A stretch of 63,279 nt of DNA, counting the filler, from Asterionella formosa (Eukaryota): assembly GCA_002256025.1 (NCBI GenBank). It is 7 parts of 7 records of this genome, joined end to end, with 100 filler letters (N's around TTAATTAATTAA, not from the genome) between each part and the next. Parts side by side here need not be neighbours in the genome. Positions count along the whole stretch, not along the records: positions 54,339 to 63,279 come from NKIB01011414.1; 6 more parts are not named here. The stretch is one strand, 5' to 3'. A program made the translations under genes and the position numbers. The notes below the pieces were generated by a model that was not told the DNA's origin, searched no databases, and saw only the letters and a program-made list of their open reading frames with translations. Shown in pieces: positions 59,082 to 63,279 of the stretch. Each line of letters opens with the position of its first letter. Positions within the stretch are counted from its first letter, which is position 1.

Positions 59082-60824
59082 ATGGCGACTCTGTTCGGAA
59101 AATCCAGCAAGCGAAAGCGAAGCGCTCTTCCCAGTCGAGAGAATGATAAGATTGCATCCGGTAATGACGAAATGAAGAATGATCTGACATTACAAGACGA
59201 ATCCAAATACACAGTCCCTTCATGGGCATCGTTTGATGATCTTGGATTGGCGGATCCGTTAGTGGCCACTTGCAAATCTCTTGGATTTACCAAGCCTACT
59301 CCAGTACAGCGGAAAATTATTCCATTTCTACTTCAAGAAGAAAAATCCCATGTGTTGGCTCTAGCTGCCACTGGATCCGGAAAAACCGCCAGCTTCGTGC
59401 TTCCAATTTTGCATCGATTGGCATTAGACCCGTACGGCATTTACGCCGTAATTCTCACTCCCACGAGAGAACTGGCCAAACAAATTCATCAGCAAGTCCT
59501 AGCTTTGGGCTCTTGCTATCGAGTACAGTCCGTTCTAGTTGTTGGTGGTCTTGATATGGTACGACAGTCCTGTGAGTTAGACAACAAACCTCATATGGTT
59601 GTCGCGACCCCTGGACGATTTGCGGAATTACTGCGAGGGCCAAACCCACCTAGGTTGTCGCATGTACGATACATGGTTTTAGATGAAGCAGATCGTTTGT
59701 TGGCAGCAAAAAGTGGATTTGAAAAGGACGTGGCGGAACTTTTGTTGCAAACGTCGCTACGCGCGAAGCAACAAACACTTTCCAACAGGTGTCAAACGTT
59801 GTTGTTTAGTGCCACTCTCACGCGATCCTTAGAGAGCATTGAAGAAATGGCAGGAGCAGGATTAGGGAGACTACCACTGAAAAAATTTGTCATTCGAGAA
59901 GACGGACAGGAGAACACGAAGAAAAAGAAAAAGGTACAACGTAGTGAAGAAGCTGATACGGATAAAGATGCACAAAACGACGAGCAGTGGGAAAGTGAAA
60001 GTGAGGAAGAAGACAGCACTCCTAGCATTCCTGAGGGACTGAAACAGGAATATCTTTTCATGCCTGCCCGAGTTCGAGATGCCTACTTGCTTACTGCCAT
60101 TCGAACACTCATGGCAAATGGAGGTCGAAATAGCAACGAAAAGGTTATGGGTACTAGAGGTAGTGGATGGAACAGTACCAAGCAGACTGAAGGTGATGAA
60201 GTCGACGATGCCAAGGCTCGATCGGCCATAATCTTTGTTTCCACTTGTGAACGAGCCGCTATGGTTTCCGGCATTTTGTCTGAAGTCGGAGTAAAAAACG
60301 TTGCCCTCCATTCCTTGCTTTCCCAAAATCGTCGTTTAGCAGCTCTCGGCAAGTTCAAATCCCAACAAGTCCGTGTCTTGGTTGCGACAGACGTGGCATC
60401 GCGTGGCCTCGATATTCCCTCTGTTGACCTGGTACTAAATGCAGAATTGCCCCGGAATGCTGTGTCATACGTGCATCGGGTCGGACGAACTGCCCGTGCA
60501 GGTCGACGAGGTCGAGCAGTCAGTTTTGTTGCGGAGACTGACGTTGCCTTGGTTCATGCCGCCGAACGTGTAAGTGGACGGCCATTAGAAAAGTGCACCG
60601 ATATTACGGATGACATGGCCATTAAGATGTTGGGTCCCGTCACCAAGGCGGCTAGACTATCAAAAATGAAACTCCTCGACATTGGCTTTGATGATTTGGT
60701 AAAAAAGATGAAGGAACGCAAAGCAAGAGATCGAAAGGATCGGGAACGACTCGAGCGGGCTCTTCAAAGGAGTAACACGGGACCTTCCAGAAGGAACAAG
60801 AAGTCTAGCGTAGAGAGTGAGTGA
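59082..60824 (+). CDS. DBP8: DEAD-box RNA helicase, Dbp8/DDX49-like
   Basis: Q motif PTPVQ, ATGSGKT, DPYGIYAVILTPTRELA, TPGR, DEAD, SAT, TDVASRGLDIP, HRVGRTARAGR. Subfamily from DPYGI and LHSLLSQNRRLAALGKFKS. Confidence 0.9.
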   Translation: MATLFGKSSKRKRSALPSRENDKIASGNDEMKNDLTLQDESKYTVPSWASFDDLGLADPLVATCKSLGFTKPTPVQRKIIPFLLQEEKSHVLALAATGSGKTASFVLPILHRLALDPYGIYAVILTPTRELAKQIHQQVLALGSCYRVQSVLVVGGLDMVRQSCELDNKPHMVVATPGRFAELLRGPNPPRLSHVRYMVLDEADRLLAAKSGFEKDVAELLLQTSLRAKQQTLSNRCQTLLFSATLTRSLESIEEMAGAGLGRLPLKKFVIREDGQENTKKKKKVQRSEEADTDKDAQNDEQWESESEEEDSTPSIPEGLKQEYLFMPARVRDAYLLTAIRTLMANGGRNSNEKVMGTRGSGWNSTKQTEGDEVDDAKARSAIIFVSTCERAAMVSGILSEVGVKNVALHSLLSQNRRLAALGKFKSQQVRVLVATDVASRGLDIPSVDLVLNAELPRNAVSYVHRVGRTARAGRRGRAVSFVAETDVALVHAAERVSGRPLEKCTDITDDMAIKMLGPVTKAARLSKMKLLDIGFDDLVKKMKERKARDRKDRERLERALQRSNTGPSRRNKKSSVESE

Positions 60825-61019
60825 TCCTACTGATCTTTGGAAAACTGTCAAGGTCGCTCGTCGTCATCTTCGACCTGAACGAAGACTTAACATACCATAC
60901 ATTGGCCAACTACCGGTATTCTTTACTTTAGCTTGTTTTGCTCAAAAAAGAAATAGTAGGGAGCCAAATCGCTTAGTGAATATTAGACTATGTATATTGT
61001 CCAAAATGCTGTTACGTAC

Positions 61020-62924
61020 TCAAAAGTGATCATCGGCAATGTCTTCTCCGGATGTATTCACCACAGAAACAGAATGAAGCTTCTGTCCTGTCCTACAATC
61101 CAACAGAAGCAGGGCAAACCCACAAATTGAGCCAAGTGCTGCACAAGCAACAAAAAAGAACTCTACGTTCGGAATATACTCGTGTTCTGATTTATTGTAG
61201 ACAGTAGCGACCATCATGGGAAACACAGTTTGACCCATATTTTGAATTGATGTCATGACACCAAACGCAGTTCCAGTCAATCTCTTCTCAACCACAAGGG
61301 GGACACTGGGCCAAATGACTGCGGCAAATAGTGCGTAGGCCGTGCCTTGTCCAATCAACGGGAGTACCGGCGAAAAGTCGGACAACGCCATAGTAGTGTG
61401 CACTCCAATCAGCATTAACGAAGCAAACATGGAAATGAATGCTCGATGGCCAACTCTGTCCACGATATGACCTAGCAGAGGAGACATGCCCGCAGCAAAA
61501 AAGTATGGGATTGACATAACTTTACCTGTTGTCTCCGTGGCTCGAGAAAGGGCGTCGCAATAGTCTTTCGTGCATCCCGCTGACCAGAAGTTCTGAGTGC
61601 AGTCGATATCGGTCGCAGTCAAGTGATCCCGTTTGTACCTACCAGTCATGTTGATGGATATGGGGACGACCGGCGCGAAACCTCTGACAGGGCATGTGTT
61701 GTTCAAAGAATCGATGGATGGGTTGGTTCCGTTCTGCAAACTGCCAAAAGAGCACTGATCTGGATACCGAAGCTGACAGTCAGCAGGTGGCGCCTTGAAG
61801 TAGTTTCTCTCCAAGAGAATGCCTGAGGCAATATTGTTGAAAGGCATCACACACCCATATACTACTGAACAAGAGACTGCAATGAGCCAAAAAATAGGTC
61901 CGAATCGAAAAGCTTCACGAAGTGCAAGTGAACACTCGTTGGAATTATCATTCTGTTGCGGTTGGATGAGGGGTTCCTCTTCGTCATCATTTTCATCGGG
62001 CGCCAAGAGAGGTTCGGATAGCTCATTCGACACTAATGGTGTATCAGGCCTTGTAGGTGCCTGACTTCTCCCGTCAACATGGTCCAAGAAGCAGGAAACC
62101 ATCAGGCTTATAAAGTTGAAAGCAATTCCAATCCCTACTGCCCATACCACCGAAAAATGATTTGCTGCATATGGGCTTATCAAATTGTTGACAACAGATC
62201 CCATCCGACTTACAGCTAGAGCCACACCAAAGGCTAACGCCACTTCCTTTCCAGCAAACCACTTGCTGAGAAGAGTCGAATATGCGACACTAATACTCTC
62301 CCCTCCTAACCCGTAGAGGGTGCGTCCAACATACATCAGTGACCACATTTTATGATACATCCCAATGGCAAAAGTAAACTGCCCAATAAAACAAAAGGCA
62401 ACAAAACACATGAGACACCAGCTGGCTCCGAGCCGATCAACGAAGTAGCCCCCTAGAAAAGGTAAAATGATATTTGGTAGCGAGTATAATGTAAAAAGGA
62501 GATTGAACTTGGTTTCAAAATCGACCGACTGTGGCATATAGTCCTTGAGTTGCTGGTGCAAGGCAGCTGGAATGTCCAACGAATAGTAAATGCCACTCAT
62601 GAGAAGGCAAGTCAAAACGAGCACTAACCATCGCCGCTTGTTTGGATCAGACTGCCCTTCCGTGATGGATAATCTGTTCCTTTGATTTCGTATTCGGACT
62701 GTCACTTCACTCTCGATTCGATGCCTCGTGGGAATCAGAAAATGTTCCAAACCTCGGTAATGGAGAGTTGGAAGAGATATTCCATTTCGAACAACTTCAG
62801 CGTTTAGACCGCTCTCCGCATGTGTCTCATTTTCCTCTACGAAGCGATCACTTCTGGAAAGCAGATCATCACCTACTTGATCTGATGATTTCGTCGCTGA
62901 TTCGTTTCCCGTTGATCCATTCAT
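61020..62924 (-). CDS. MFS transporter, MFSD1-like (lysosomal/vacuolar)
   Basis: RRWLVLVLTC...YYSLDIPAAL, LYSLPNIILPFLGGYFVDRLG, GRTLYGLGGES, KWFAGKEVALAFG, GTAFGVMTSIQNMG; multiple TM stretches. First in-frame ATG at 62924; the start is uncertain. Confidence 0.9.
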   Translation of the reverse strand: MNGSTGNESATKSSDQVGDDLLSRSDRFVEENETHAESGLNAEVVRNGISLPTLHYRGLEHFLIPTRHRIESEVTVRIRNQRNRLSITEGQSDPNKRRWLVLVLTCLLMSGIYYSLDIPAALHQQLKDYMPQSVDFETKFNLLFTLYSLPNIILPFLGGYFVDRLGASWCLMCFVAFCFIGQFTFAIGMYHKMWSLMYVGRTLYGLGGESISVAYSTLLSKWFAGKEVALAFGVALAVSRMGSVVNNLISPYAANHFSVVWAVGIGIAFNFISLMVSCFLDHVDGRSQAPTRPDTPLVSNELSEPLLAPDENDDEEEPLIQPQQNDNSNECSLALREAFRFGPIFWLIAVSCSVVYGCVMPFNNIASGILLERNYFKAPPADCQLRYPDQCSFGSLQNGTNPSIDSLNNTCPVRGFAPVVPISINMTGRYKRDHLTATDIDCTQNFWSAGCTKDYCDALSRATETTGKVMSIPYFFAAGMSPLLGHIVDRVGHRAFISMFASLMLIGVHTTMALSDFSPVLPLIGQGTAYALFAAVIWPSVPLVVEKRLTGTAFGVMTSIQNMGQTVFPMMVATVYNKSEHEYIPNVEFFFVACAALGSICGFALLLLDCRTGQKLHSVSVVNTSGEDIADDHF

Positions 62925-63279
62925 TGTTGCTCTGACGTCGATCGATTTTAGTTCCGATTTAGGTTGTACTGGAGTAGAGAGGAAACGAAGTGACACTTTG
63001 GAAGGTCTCTTACAACCAGGTGATGCTCATGGCTCATCAAATGAAAAGTGTCCACGCCGGCTAAGCGGAAATTTTGAAGTACATACAAAATGTCGTGTAA
63101 TAATACCGGGTATATATATAATAGGTATACCGGTATATGTTTGTTTATACTGAGTTGGTAGATGCTACGTATCTGTAGCTCTCACGCAGTAAAATTTGCT
63201 AGAAAAATGTTTCTACACAATTTGTTTGTTTTACTTTGTTTGCTAATAATTGTTTTTATAAAAGAGTGAGCTTAATGTA

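Overview
Eukaryotic nuclear DNA, most likely a diatom (inferred from short GT-AG introns, CoDi-like Copia and Gypsy remnants, bacterial-type AcnB and a DCG-motif Pelle-like kinase). It is not one locus: six 100-bp N44-TTAATTAATTAA-N44 linkers join seven separate scaffolds sorted by decreasing length (8963, 8962, 8962, 8959, 8947, 8945, 8941 bp), so nothing can be inferred from adjacency across linkers. Recognisable genes: eEF1B-gamma, mitochondrion-targeted aconitase B, the 5' part of a vacuolar sorting receptor, a cyclin, methionyl-tRNA synthetase, an ABCF protein, a Dbp8/DDX49 helicase and an MFSD1-like transporter. The most unusual items are: (1) a predicted myristoylated protein with a small Cys/His motif, an array of near-identical ARM repeats and an IRAK/Pelle-like kinase, followed by a re-ordered out-of-frame ARM block that abuts a Helitron-like end; (2) an Ecm29-like HEAT region fused to an Ariadne RBR E3 ligase; (3) a STAND-type ATPase with a helical tail, frameshifted at an A8 run; (4) a P2X7-ballast-like Cys-rich pseudogene; (5) a highly iterated palindromic motif (GTACCWGGTAC / TACCGGTA) in non-coding DNA of all seven scaffolds; and (6) several long-inverted-repeat elements. 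All calls come from reading the sequence and recalled family motifs; no searches were run.
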